The translations under genes and the position numbers were made by a program. Shown piece by piece: positions 12,626-24,689 of a DNA stretch of 64,000 nt. A model generated the notes under the pieces. It searched no databases, was not told the DNA's origin, and saw only the letters and a program-made list of their open reading frames with translations. How positions within the stretch are numbered: the first letter of the stretch is position 1; every line of letters starts with the position of its first letter. Where the stretch lies: the NCBI RefSeq assembly GCF_009834535.1, contig NC_045696.1, forward strand, positions 70,744,001-70,808,000, given 5' to 3'. Source of the DNA: Camelus ferus. Its lineage: Eukaryota.

Positions 12626-12899
12626 GCTTATTGCCAAAGAGAACCCCAAAATCGGGGAAAGCCTTTCTTAGGAAGCTGATTCAGCTCATTGTTAGAAAAC
12701 AAAACCTGCATCTTTCAATGTTCCTTCACTCTTTTCTAGCTAAAGGTAAGTCTAGGTCCACAGGGCAGAACCATAGCTGATTCATTAAAAGTCCTTGGCA
12801 TTCACACATGATAACCCAGAATTCCCAGAGTGAATATGCAGATTAAGCCTTACCAGAGTCCTGTCTTCCTCTACCACTCTCATAGGGGCACTTTCTCTC

Positions 12900-13020
12900 A
12901 TGTTATTACTAGTTGTATTTTTTTCTCACTTCTCCTTCCAGGTTATAAATCCTGAAAGTAAGGAATCTAGTCTTATACATAGTAAGTACTCAGACAACTT
13001 TGCTGAATGAGCAAATGAAC
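12900..13020 (+). mobile_element. L2 3' terminal fragment
   Basis: acatagtaagtactcagacaactttgctgaatgagcaaatgaa, the L2 (TGAA)n-type end. Confidence 0.6.
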
Positions 13021-13749
13021 CCCAAATGCATTTCCTGACACCTCTGGAGACAGTTGGGCACAGAAGGGAAATTGTGCCAGGAAGAAAAGGAAGTTCACGT
13101 GTGTCTGCCCCTGGAGTGGCGGGAAATCATTTCCAGGGGCAGGGGGTATAGCCAAAAACATCACTGTGGATTGATGGGGGGATCGCAGAGAGCCTGAGGT
13201 TGACTCTGATGAAATGTAAACGTGGGAGTTGAGAATGTGAAGGCTGCAAAGTGGAACAGGGGGAAGTTACCAGGCCAGGATGTGTGGGTGGGACCAGGAT
13301 TTTTAGCACGCTCACGTGTACCTGGAGGAAGTGTGTGCTGGGCCACCCAGAGCTGCTGACACTGCAGCCTGGAGGCCTGAAGCTTTTTAGAGAAACCATT
13401 AGTTTAGTGACAGGGAGAAGAATGAAAAAGCCGCCAGGACCAGGCTAAGCACAGAGCTGATCCGCAGGGCTGCGGGCCACACTATCAGGGAGGCAAATGG
13501 AGGTCATACATCTGGGTACTTCTAGGAGACACTGGCGAGTCAGGATTCAAGGGGGTGTAACTGAAGCTGGTCATAAAAGGCCCTTTGTCCTGCTAAGGGA
13601 CCTAAGAGTGTAGTCTAACCTAAGCCTCAGGAGGAAGAAGGGTGTCTTGGCAAGACAGGGTCTCCCAGGGGTCAGGATAAAGGAGGAGGCCACGACTGGA
13701 AGGAGGTGAAACTGGGAGTGCCTCTGAGTCATGCCCTCAGCCTGTGCCA

Positions 13750-14095
13750 AGCTAATTGAATAACATGAGACCTGCAATACCTAATTTCATATGAAATGTG
13801 ATAATCGAGTAATGGGGCAGATTTTTGCATGTGGCTTGTAGAAAAGCTGAGGAGGAGGAGAGATGGAGCAGGAGCAAGCCGCAGCACGTTTCAGCCCACA
13901 AGAGCCAGTTAGCCAGTCTGCCAGGCGCTGCTAGCTGGGGTGAATGAAATGCCTGTTGTTTCAAGGCAGGGGGAAAATGAGTGACCGTTATTTAGATTAA
14001 GGAATTTATATCCAACGTGGTGTGAGGTTAAACAAATTGGCGTGAGACTTGACCTGTTTATAATAACCTTAAGTGTTTCGGGCGCATTCCAGGAG
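13750..14095. promoter_or_regulatory. Candidate enhancer (repeat-free motif cluster)
   Basis: CTAATTG, palindrome ATTTCATATGAAAT, TTTTGCAT (octamer-like), AGATTAA, TAAACAA (FOX-like), GCATTCC (TEAD-like). Confidence 0.45.
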
Positions 14096-16164
14096 GAGGG
14101 GCACCAGTGCTCATGAGAACCTACTGTGTGCATATTCCCATGGCAAGCTGGCCACCAGGGAAGGGTGACACTAGCACTCACTGAAAGACTCAGGGCATTG
14201 TGAGATTTTTAAGTTGCTGGAATTTTCCTAATTTACAGCACAGAATGGCTGACTCTTTAACGCACTCAACTTTCTTCTAATACTATGTACATGGTGAGCA
14301 TGATTACAAAAAGACAGTGTGAGGCCTTCCATAGGTTTCTGGGGATTCAAGCCAAGAAGACTGTGAGCCCCAACTCCAGCCCCCTCCCTCGAAAGGAAAT
14401 GTCTAAGTATTTGAAAATGCACTTCTATTTCCAGTCCAGCCTAGCTGCAGCTCCCTTGCCTGCATCCAAGATGACTGCCATTTCCAGCTGATTAAGGGCC
14501 TGGACAAATTGGATCTTGGAAGAATTCAAAGCAGATTGAAGCAAGTCCTGAAGGCCTTCTCCAGTGGGGGAATTGGAGGCCACTGCCCCAAACCTTCCTC
14601 TCCCATGATTATCTCCTAGCCTATTGACAAACATGGTGAGCTCTTTCTTGGCTCGGTAACTATCCGATCCTATCCCTGCTTCTCTGGCCAGTTGGGGAGA
14701 CAGCAAGGCTTATCTCACATCTTTATAAATTGAGTTGCCCACCCCCTGTGGGGGAATTCTGAACTCAGCAAGGTCCATGGTCAGAGGCTATTGGTCAGGA
14801 TGTCCCTTTCTGGACTCCAGAATGTAAATGGTTCCGCCTGGGAGTTGAGGCAGGTCCGTCGCCATTGAAGTTCTTAAGTGGGGACTTTAAAACAAAGAAA
14901 TTACTGAATTTCTGGCAAATAGCCAAATCACAGAAGGAGTCAACTCCAACTTTGTGCTTACAACTAAAGTAAGCATTTTGCCTAATTACAGGTGTAAGGC
15001 ATGGTTGTCTTTCTGGTTCCAGCAGCCCATCCCTGCTCCTCCAGGCAGGGGTAGGTGAGCCTCATGATTTCCCGGGACCTCAGTCATCCCTCCGTGTTGT
15101 CAGTTTCTGTCTTCGTCACCTGCCCATGTTCCCAGGCATCTGGAGACCCTATTTTTATTTTCTTCGTACCTGGTGACTGTATTGCAATGCTTGGCTGCAA
15201 GATTGGCACAAAGCTCATGACAGCCTTTCTGCTGCCAATTCTCGGCGTGCTTCTCAACCCCCTGCCCTCCCATCTCTCATCACATCACCCTCTGCTCGCT
15301 TGTGCTTCTGCTCCCTCTGGTCACCATGCTGGCTTTACTCCCACAAGTTCCTGCGGTCCTCAGGGTCCACTCTCAAGGCTCCAGTTGGACTCAGACCCCT
15401 TCAGGCCCAGGCTGCCTTACTGCCCTTGCCTGTGCCCGAGCCATCGCTGCACAAGGCCTCTTTGTGACAGAGCCCTTCTGCCAAGCTTGGTGGTTAAGGC
15501 TGACCTTTGGCATTTTGCCACCTGTATACATATTTGGGCACTTGCAGACTTTTTTGTTGTCATTGCGTATCAATCCTGCAATCACAGTTACATTCCTCAA
15601 TTGCTTTCTCATTTGTCTACTGCAAAGTAAAAAAAAATCCTTCAGCATAGCATTATTACAAGAACCAGCTTAATCATTCTAAGCTATTAATTTGTAAGTA
15701 CCATCATTAGTACTTAAATAGTTAACCAAATATTAACACATCTTGTCTAATCATTAGAATGATTAATAATGATTCATTAATAAAATAGCATCATCAGTCT
15801 GGGCCCTCCACTCAACTCCCTCAGGGCTTTGCCCAGCTCTTACAACTGGCACCTGCAACAACTGGTCACACGTGGAACTCTGACCCCTGGGTGGCTGGGG
15901 TCTTGTGTTTCTTGTTTGGCACTGAATGTTCATATTGTACCCTAGCACCCACTGCTTCCTGTGCCTCTTCCCCTTGGCTCTCCTGATGTCACATGACCAT
16001 TACAAGTTTCTACCCACACATACCACACAGGTTTAGGTCAAAGGGTGACCTCTGAAAAACAAAGGGGAAAAAGTGGGAAATGCTCAATGGGTCTGAAGGC
16101 TGTCAGTGGATCTGAGGGTGGGCCATCTAGGCAGGCTCCTATATTAGCATACCCACTAACCATT

Positions 16165-16335
16165 TCTAGGTGCAGGGTGCTGGCTCTGATGCTCACTTCC
16201 TCCCTGGGAGGTACTCAGGGTGGATACTCACCCCATTTTACAGATGTGGAAACTGAGGCCTACAGAGATTACATGACTTGTCTCCAGCCACAGGCTGATG
16301 GAACCAGGAGGGAAATCTGGGTCTTCTATTCCTTC
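16165..16335 (-). mobile_element. MIR SINE
   Basis: ccccattttacagatgtggaaactgaggcctacagagatt...tgacttgtc. Confidence 0.78.
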
Positions 16336-16387
16336 TGCCAGAGGTTTTCTGTGTTTTGTTTTCTCAAACAGAAAAATAAAACTCATT

Positions 16388-16439
16388 CTTCCTCTCTCTC
16401 TCTCTCATTCTCTCTCTCTCTCTCTTTCTCTTTGTCTCT
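16388..16439. repeat. Interrupted (TC)n microsatellite
   Basis: Read directly. Confidence 0.9.
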
Positions 16440-16884
16440 GGTGTTTCTGAGGAGATGGATAGCTGGATCCCAATTGCCATGAGGAGTGGGAGCGGCAAAA
16501 ATCACACCAGCTAAGTGGGTTTGGGGCACTGACAAAGGAACTCCCTTTGCTTTCCAGAGGCTACTAATGGGAGCAGGGGCGGGGCTTAGCTGGAAGAGCG
16601 GATGGAATCACTTGCAAAACCCTAATAAATCTGCAGGCCCAGCTGTTCCTCATCTGATGATCCTGAAGGGAAAGTGTGAAATAGTAGAGATGCTGACGGG
16701 CCTGGGGGCCCCTTCAAAGGCAACCTGGTTTTCCCAAGGACCACAGAGCAGGGGTGGGAAGTATCCGGAGACGTCTGAAGGGTGTTTGTTAGAGTTGGGA
16801 GGCCAGATGCACACATGGAGCGTGCCTGAGAATGCCCCTGTCCTGGAAGTTTTGGAAGGGTGGTCAAGTCACCCGCTCCCAGAG

Positions 16885-17097
16885 TGCGAGGGCATTGCTG
16901 GGAGTTAGGCAGACCCGAGTTTGAATCCCAGCTCCACTGTTTACTGGCTGTGTGGGCCTGAGTGAGATTTTTCACCTCTCTGAACTTAGTTTCTGTCGCT
17001 GTAAAATGTATATAATAATCCTCCCTTCAGGGTTGCTGGGGGAACTGAATGTGCTAATGTACGCAGAGCTCCCAGCACGTGACAGGTGCTCGATGTT
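16885..17097 (+). mobile_element. MIR SINE (near full length)
   Basis: ggagttaggcagacccgagtttgaatcccagctccactgtttactggctgtgtg...ctgtaaaatg...acaggtgctcgat. Confidence 0.85.
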
Positions 17098-18844
17098 CTT
17101 TCCCTTTCCCCCTTTTTCACTTCCCTGACTTAGGGAATCAAGAAGGGGCTGGGCCACGCTCACCCAGAGGCCAAACCCAGGGAGCATGAGCCACCCCCCA
17201 CCCAACATCCAGCCCCACTCCCAGCCCCCTCGCTCCCCCCACCCCAAACTTGCACAGCTGGGTCTGGGTGGGGTGGGGCCTTGCTGCAGGGTCCCACTTC
17301 CCTTGTCCCTCCAGCCCCTGCAGGAGTCAGGCCCCAGGGCCAGGTGGGCCCCTCCTGACCTTGACCACTCTTAGCCAGCAGGAGCTGTGACTCCGAGGGC
17401 TGAATCCTGCTTAGACTGGAGGCTTCCAGAGAATGAGCCGCAGGCCCCTAAAGCCAAGGGCACCCTCTCCTAGGCTGGGGACTCTGGCCTGAGTTGAAAA
17501 GCATTTAATTGGGTTCCGACTTCTCCATTCCCCGAGAGCAGAGTTGTCAATCCTCCCAGTAGACAGGGCAGCCACAAGTCCAGTTTTGGAGAGCAGGCCC
17601 AGGTTGGCCCCGGGCCCAGGGGACCCAGGGGGATCTGCTGCTGGCCGGCCACAAGGACACCCCACTTCAGAGCATCCTGGGCAGCTAGCGCTCACACAGA
17701 CCAAGCCAGGCCTCTGCCTGGACGCCAGCCTGTGAAAGACTTGCTTTCTCAGGGCCTAGAAACTGCCAGGGGCTGCAGTCAGACAGTCTCGGGTTCATGG
17801 GCCATGGACCCCTCTGAGTGCGGGCTCCCCATCTGTAAGATGCTAACACCACCTTGAAGGCTTGTGAAGTTTGCTGAGATCATCCTCCCAAGTCTGCAGT
17901 GTAGGCTCCGTGCATGTTAAGCCCCTTCCCGCATTTCTTTTCTGCTTTTTCCTCTCTTTGATTTTTCTCTTTCTTTATCCCTTTGACCTTTCTTCACCTC
18001 TAAATCTCTCCTCAGCATTTTTTTCAGCTTCTCAGGCTACTTGCTTTTCTCCTTTCCACAGGTCAAATCGCAGAAGCGGGGAGGCTGGAGGGCAAGCTTC
18101 TCATCTCAGACCACGGAGAGACCCTGCGCTCACAGGCCTGAGGGGCGCCAGGCTCAGCCGAGCCTCCCAGCTCCTGAGCAGATCCTGGTACTAACCTCGG
18201 CTCCTGTATCTCTTCTCCCTCCTGGAGGCTTCTGCCTGGCCAGGAATGGGAGAGGTCAGGAGAGAGCAGGGAGAGATGGGGAGCAGAGGTGGTAGTCCCC
18301 CTGTCCCAAAACAAAGATCAGTGGAGGCTGCAGTAAATAAACACGAAATGACCCCCTTAAGTCACAGAGTAATGGGGGGCAAGTCAGTCCATCTGCTTCC
18401 CGCCCGGTCACTCCCTGTCACGTCCCAGCCCCAGAAGGAAGTCCTTCCTCATATCTAACTTATATCCTTCCTGCTGCAATTCCTGCCTACTTCCTTTTGG
18501 TCCATGTGGATGATGCTATCCTCATCACTCCTCCAACTGGCACCTCCTCTGTAGGACTTCTCCTCAATTCTGTTCAGCTTGGAGGCCCGAGGGAGTGAAA
18601 GCAAACTTTAAGAGGATGTTTAAAGTTTGGCTTCTCATCACCACATCTCAGCTGAGTCCATAAAACCGCCTTATAAAGCCCACTGGCCAGCCAGCTGCCC
18701 TCAGCCTCAGGGGCCTCCCTGTTTTATGACTGGCCCCAATTCAGACACCAGCTGGATGTAGGAACTTGCTGCCTTTTATGAAGAGATGTTAACGGGAAGC
18801 ATCTCTTCCCTTCTGTCTGGTTCCCAGAAACTCCACTCCTTCCC

Positions 18845-19270
18845 TCATTCATGTGTTTTGTTTTCAGTCAGTCACCATTTACCAAGCGCCTCCTGGAGCC
18901 AGGTTCTGGGTTGGGCCCCAAGGTGAAGGTGGCCCCAGGTAAGAGCTGGGGTAGGGGGTGGTTCTGCCTTGGAAGGGCTGGCCCTGCAGGAACTAGCACC
19001 TGGGCGGCACCTCGCAGTAGCAGCAGTAGCTGGATCACACTGCACTGCCAGTGTTTGTAAACTGCACGGTAATTGTGAAACAGTGATGGAAAAACAAACA
19101 ATTACAGAGCAGCCTGATAAGAGCTGCCAGGAGGTGCGCTCAGAGAGCCAAGAAAAGAGACTCTAGCTCTGTTCAGGATCAGGGAGGTCTCCCTGGGGGA
19201 GGTGCCCTCTGCACTGTTGCCTGAAGCATGCTTAAGAGTTTTCAAAGCCAGCAAGGTGGGCAGGTGGAGG
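18845..19270 (-). mobile_element. L2 3' fragment (antisense, diverged)
   Basis: cattcat...catttaccaagcgcctcctggagccagg, and later tcagggaggtctccctgggggaggtg. Confidence 0.5.
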
Positions 19271-19449
19271 AAGGGAAACCAAAAGTCTAAGTCTCCCATT
19301 TGCTAATGAACAGAAGTGAGGCTTGGGTACCAGGGGCCAGGATTCTGGCAAAAAGCCACAGGAACAATACAGGGTCAAGTTTCTCCAGGGCTCAGTCTCT
19401 CTAACTATGAGACAGATGTAATATTGGTTAGTTAAAAGAAAACCCAGAA

Positions 19450-19680
19450 ATAATAATAGCTGCCACATGTTTAGTCTTTCATCATTAGCTACTAGCTACT
19501 TTCATATGCATTACCTCCCATGATCCTCACAATAAAACTGAGGTAGGCAGGGTGGGTACTTTAATATCCATTTTGCAGATGAAGAAACTAAGTCTTAGAG
19601 AAGTCCAATGACTGGCGGCCAGAGGCACAGCTAGCAAGTGACAAATGTGGAGTTTGTGTTTAAAGCCAGGACCCTTTCCC
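19450..19680 (-). mobile_element. MIR SINE
   Basis: aataatagctgccacat...atcctcacaataa...ccattttgcagatgaagaaactaag. Confidence 0.82.
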
Positions 19681-21404
19681 CAGGACAGCTCGGAGCTGCT
19701 TGGGGAATGGTTGAAGGATGAAGGCAAGCAGTGGGAAGGGAGGGGCAGGGAAGCAGGTGTTCCCTCTCAGTAGCACCCTACTCCCCCTAGGGTGCCACCT
19801 AATACCTGGGTGAGGGCTAGAGGCAGGTGAGGGGACACAAGCAGGTAAAGCCTCAGATTTCTCTGGGAGCAGGGGAAGGAAAAGGAGGGCCTCCTGAAAG
19901 ACTTAACCTGGTGAAGGGTACCAGGTAGAAGCTCATTTACAGCGCTCTCCTGATGGAGGGATTTAGGAGGAAGGAGGCTGAGGATCTACCATGGGACCCC
20001 AGAGCAGCCATTGTCCCCAGATGGGGTTGTTGGGGGACTAAGCACCCCTTCTGGCTTGCCTGAGCCGGGGGAGACACCCTTCTTCCCTCCCACCTTCCAT
20101 CGCAAGGGGCCAGTCCAGGCCTCAGACTTGTAAGTGAAGCCCCAGGGGCCAGGGAGAGAATCGGAACCCCTGGACACACCTCCATAGTCAGGTGCTCAGC
20201 AAGGAGGGGGTGGAGGGGAGAGGGGCCACAGGTACACCCAGGAGTACAGCGTCACACTGTCCTGAACTCAGGCAGCCTCCTACCTGCCCACCCAGACTCC
20301 AACACACACACCGCCCCCGACTCCCACCCTAAACACAGACGCCGCCCAAAGATCCTCTCACATACACCCAAACCCACAATCAGTCCCTCCCCTACCCATA
20401 CGAGCCCACTCATACACAAGTATGGACAATGCACACAAGGATTTAGTTTCCATACGGCTTATATACACAATAAGCACAACACCCGCACAAACGAATCCCA
20501 ATTCACTCAGACAGTCGGGTATATGAATACGTATGGAAACAAGGTTCACACACACAGCCCAGTGGGCCTGAGATAAGGGACCCAGAGAGCTCTGGAGTCT
20601 GAGCTGAGGTGCCCAGCGAGGGTCACCCAGCCTGGCTTCCCTCAAGCTTGTCATTCTCTTCCCTGAGCTCACCTCCAGCAGATAAGAGTTGACCTCACTG
20701 GACCAGGTCTCCATCCCTATCTCCAATGCCCGTCCCCTTAAAGCCCCTCAAGTAAGTGTCCGGGCGCCAGGGACACACTAGGGGCTCTGTTAATATTATC
20801 CACCCCTCCTCATCCCCTTACCACCATGCAGAGAACCTGGGGTCAGGGTCCCTTCTGGTTGTCAGAGAGGGAAGGGTGTCCTATGAAGCAGGAATCACTC
20901 CCACAGGAACTCCCTCCTCAGGCCTAGGACTCCCAGGCTTCCCTTTATAAAGCAGGGTGGGCTGTGAGGGTTGCTGACAGGAGAGGCTCTGTCCCCAGGG
21001 GAAAGAGGTGGCATCTCCTGGCCAGCAGGCGCCATGTCTCTTCACATACACTCACACACACTCACACACACACTTCCCCCACTGTAATTATAATGGTTGC
21101 TCCAGCAGCAGAGGAAAGGCCATGATTTATGAATGGGAGTTGGTGTAGAGAGATTCCAGCACCATCTGCTTGGGAGCAAACAGGAAGAGCTTCAATGTGC
21201 TGCAGACTTGGGGGAGGGAGCCAGTTGGTGGAACAAGCTCATAAAAGCCATTCCTAACGGCCACAGGTGCTTCTCCCCACCCCCTGGCCCCCAGACCCCC
21301 AGGGAGACCCACAGCCTCTGCCAGGGCCTCCCATGGTACACACTCCCCTCGCCAAGGCCAGGCTGCCTGAGGTGGAGTGGTGGAGAGAACCTGGATCATC
21401 CAGC

Positions 21405-21625
21405 AGACCTGAATACAAATACCTACCACTGGGCTTTAGTTTGCTCATCTATTAAATGGGGATGATGGCAATGAACAGCTCTTAATGTGTTAAACCTTTA
21501 CTGTGTGCCTGATAGGGTAAATCATCTTTGCTCCATTTTACAGATAAGGACACTGAGGCTGTGGAGGTTAAGAGTCTGTCCCAAGTTTGTACAAGGGAGC
21601 TACAGGGCCATAACTTGAAACTCTG
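21405..21625. mobile_element. Two abutting MIR fragments in opposite orientation
   Basis: Sense core tttagtttgctcatctattaaatgggg (about 21405-21470), then antisense ctccattttacagataaggacactgaggct. Confidence 0.65.
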
Positions 21626-22879
21626 TCAGCAGAGGTGACTTGCCCTGAACAAAAAACAAAAAAAAAAAGAGCTGGCACCTTTTAATGACATGCCCACTCG
21701 ATATTGTGCCTATTGTGCCTCACAGGGATGAGTTCTGGTTGTAAGCTGGGGGCAAAAATGACTATCATTGGTATGACCACCACGTGTTGTTCTCTCCTTT
21801 GTTTGTTAGCCCCCAGTGTGCTCAACTGTATTTCCCCAATGATGGTTTTCCACTAGAAGAAAGATTCAGAACCAGCTGAGATTTCTAAAAATCCAGAACT
21901 CCCGACCCTTCCCCTCACCTTCAGGACCCCTGTGTGTGGCCTCTGTAACCTTGCAAGTTTCTCCAGGTGGTTTCAGGGCAACTCCCACCTGTGTCCCTGG
22001 GGATCCACTGGCCTTCATTTTGCAAAACCTAGCCCTTGGATGTAGAAATCAGTTGGAATTCACTGACACTATGACCAGAATACAAGCTCCCTCCTGACAA
22101 GGGTCATGTCTTATTTGTCCCCCACATGGCCCCTTCAGAGGTCTCACCTTTAAGAATGAAGTCTCATAGGAAACACAAACCCTTAGCAACCAGCTCTAAG
22201 AATGGCAAAAACAAATGTCGAATGGAGGGACCCAAGAATCTTGCTATCAAAGTAATTGATATTGAGAAAGGTGGATCAAAAAGGAAGTGAACCTCCTTGG
22301 CTAGGCCTTAAAGGATTTTGATAGTGGATGAAGCGGCTGAGGTATTTCAGACACGTGAGTCACCACGATACTGGAGACCACTGTGCCTAAAGAGATGCTC
22401 ATGCCTGGCATCTCTTTATGTTGGCTTAATTTTCCACGTGGGAGTTAAAGGGTAGAAAAAGCTCTGTCTGTCCCATGGAGATGGGGAAGGGGCAGAGAAG
22501 GCAAGCAGGCAACGTGGTAGCCCCTGAGTAGCCCCATACTTTTCACTATCCCAGGCCACAGTTCAGGCCACTGTCCTGTGCCCATGGCCCATTTCTCAGG
22601 ATACACTGGGTCCACAATATATCACAGGGGCCACAATCCACTCCAGAGGTAAAGTCCTGCCCTATAGTCTAGAGGGGAGAAAAGCAAGTTTCAGGGGTGT
22701 GCATACCCAAGGGTTAAGTGGAGTCTTCCAGATTCAAAGGATAGTGAAGACCTAGAAGAAAGTGCTGGGGTGAGCCTGCAGGAGGGGGCACCTGGCCAGG
22801 CTAGAGAGTCAGCATTCTCCCGCCTCCTTCTGCCACCTCAGGCCATTTCTCTCCCACTCAGATTCAGACCTCCAGGTCC

Positions 22880-24650
22880 CCACCATCCAGCCATGATCCC
22901 CTTTACCCAACCTGGCCAGTATCACCTATCCACCTGTCATCTTTTGAGGACTTGGACACCTGGCTCACGGTCTTCCTCTGCACCCCACATCCTAGGCAAC
23001 TTGAGTGTCGTCATAGGCATCCCAATACCCTCACTTCTTGGCTCCTCTGCTTCCGCATCTCCAGTGACCTTCTCTCCACCTCAGCCACCCACACACTGCC
23101 TGGAATGTCTCCTGTAAAATCTTAAACTCCAGTATCCCCCTCTTGGGCCACAACTTCTTTCCTTTCCTCCCATAAAACCTGGTCTCCTTTCACAGAGCTT
23201 TCTCCAATTCACCCATTCTGTCTTGCTCATTCAGCTACAGTACCGGAGTGCCGGCTTTGGCCAAGGCACTCTGCCAGCTGTCAGCTCCTTCCTGGCTCGA
23301 CTTCCTCCCCTATCGACCTGCCCGTGATTGGCCACATCATTCATTCTCCCTGGCACCCTCGATTCCCACACCCTCTTGCCCCGCCTTTCCCAGCCCCGGA
23401 GGATTCCAGTCATCTGCTTTCCCCATCATGATTCCCAGGCTACGAGAAGGCATAGGAAATCCACCCAACCGTGCAGACTGGTGCCACTCCAGATTTATGG
23501 CCCCTGACGTCAGCCCAGCCCTCAGGCCACTAGGCCCCGGGTGGTCAGCTCCTGTTCTAAACCTTTGCCACCCTTTCAGTTTCTGGCCTGCCCCGTCCCT
23601 CCTGTATAACTGACAGAGAAAATAGAGATCCTCAGACCAGAACTCCCCCAACTTCCCTCCACTCCGCCTCCCTACTTATCCCTACTCGCCAGTTTCCAAT
23701 GCCCTGTCTTCACTCCGCAGACCACCCAGTCCCTGTGAAAGCTTTTCCTCTCTCAGATGCTATAGCACTGCCGCCCCCTCCCAGAGCTCCTCTTACTTGT
23801 TGTTCCTTCTCTGTCTCTTTTGCTTACTTCTCCTCTGCCCAGTGCATCTATGTTTGGTTCCCAGGGCTCCATCTATGACTTCTTTTAGTCTTGCCCTGCT
23901 CCTGCACCCCAAATGTTCTCACCTAAGCCCATGGCTTCTTGCTCTGATAACTCTGATCTGTGGCTCTCGGTCCGAGCCTGTCCTGATGTCCTGGATGTTC
24001 CCCTGTCTATTCCGTAGGCAACATCAAAGCAGTTGTGTCCCCAGCTGGGCTTCTTAGCTCCTTCCCCAGACCTCTCCCTCTCTCCTTCCTCAGTCTCTGA
24101 TGTTATAGCATCATCGTGCACCCAGTTCCCCGAGCTAGAGACCTGGGAGTCTCCTCAGCTCCTTCTCGCCCCCCATCCCCACCCCTACCACCACAGCCTG
24201 TCTGTTTTGTCTCTGAGATGATTCCCAGATCTGCCCTATCCCTTCCATCACGCTGCTGCTCTTCTTCCAGTCCTTCTCATCTTTTGCAACGGCCTCTAAC
24301 TGGTCTCCCTCCCTCCAATGGTTCCTTGTTCCCAACTCTCTCCCACTTTTGTATTTAAACCAAACTTCCTACAATGACCCACAAAGGCCTTCACATCCTA
24401 CAGGTCCCAGCCCCTCTCTGCTCTCCTTTCCTGCTTCTCTTCCTGACACCCCCAACCTGCCACCTCCTGGGAAGTGCTTATTCCTCTCCGCCAGTGCATT
24501 TGCTGACCTTCTGTCTAGAACGCCCTCCATCCCTCCTTCTTGACTGGGAAACTTCATCCTCCAAGAACTAATTCAAAAGTCATCTTCCCAGTTCCCCCAG
24601 CCCCTTAGGCAGAATTCAATGTGCTCTTGGCTCTGTTCCCCTGCACTTAG
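22880..24650 (+). mobile_element. Long L2 LINE remnant from the endonuclease region toward the 3' end
   Basis: Eroded AP-endonuclease motifs read by hand: EDLDTWLTVF, ILGNLSV (cf. ILGDFN), SATHT, IPLLGHNF (cf. SDH); C/T-rich L2 body; 3' text tttgctgacctt...ctagaacgccc...aattcaaaagtcatctt. Confidence 0.75.
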
Positions 24651-24689
24651 TTTGCCGAATCTATACTATCTGTTGGTTCCAGTATGGGA

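Noticed and set aside
18104..18124. REST/RE1-like site (tctcagaccacggagagaccc)
   Set aside because: Only the right half resembles the consensus; the left half TCAGCACC is broken.
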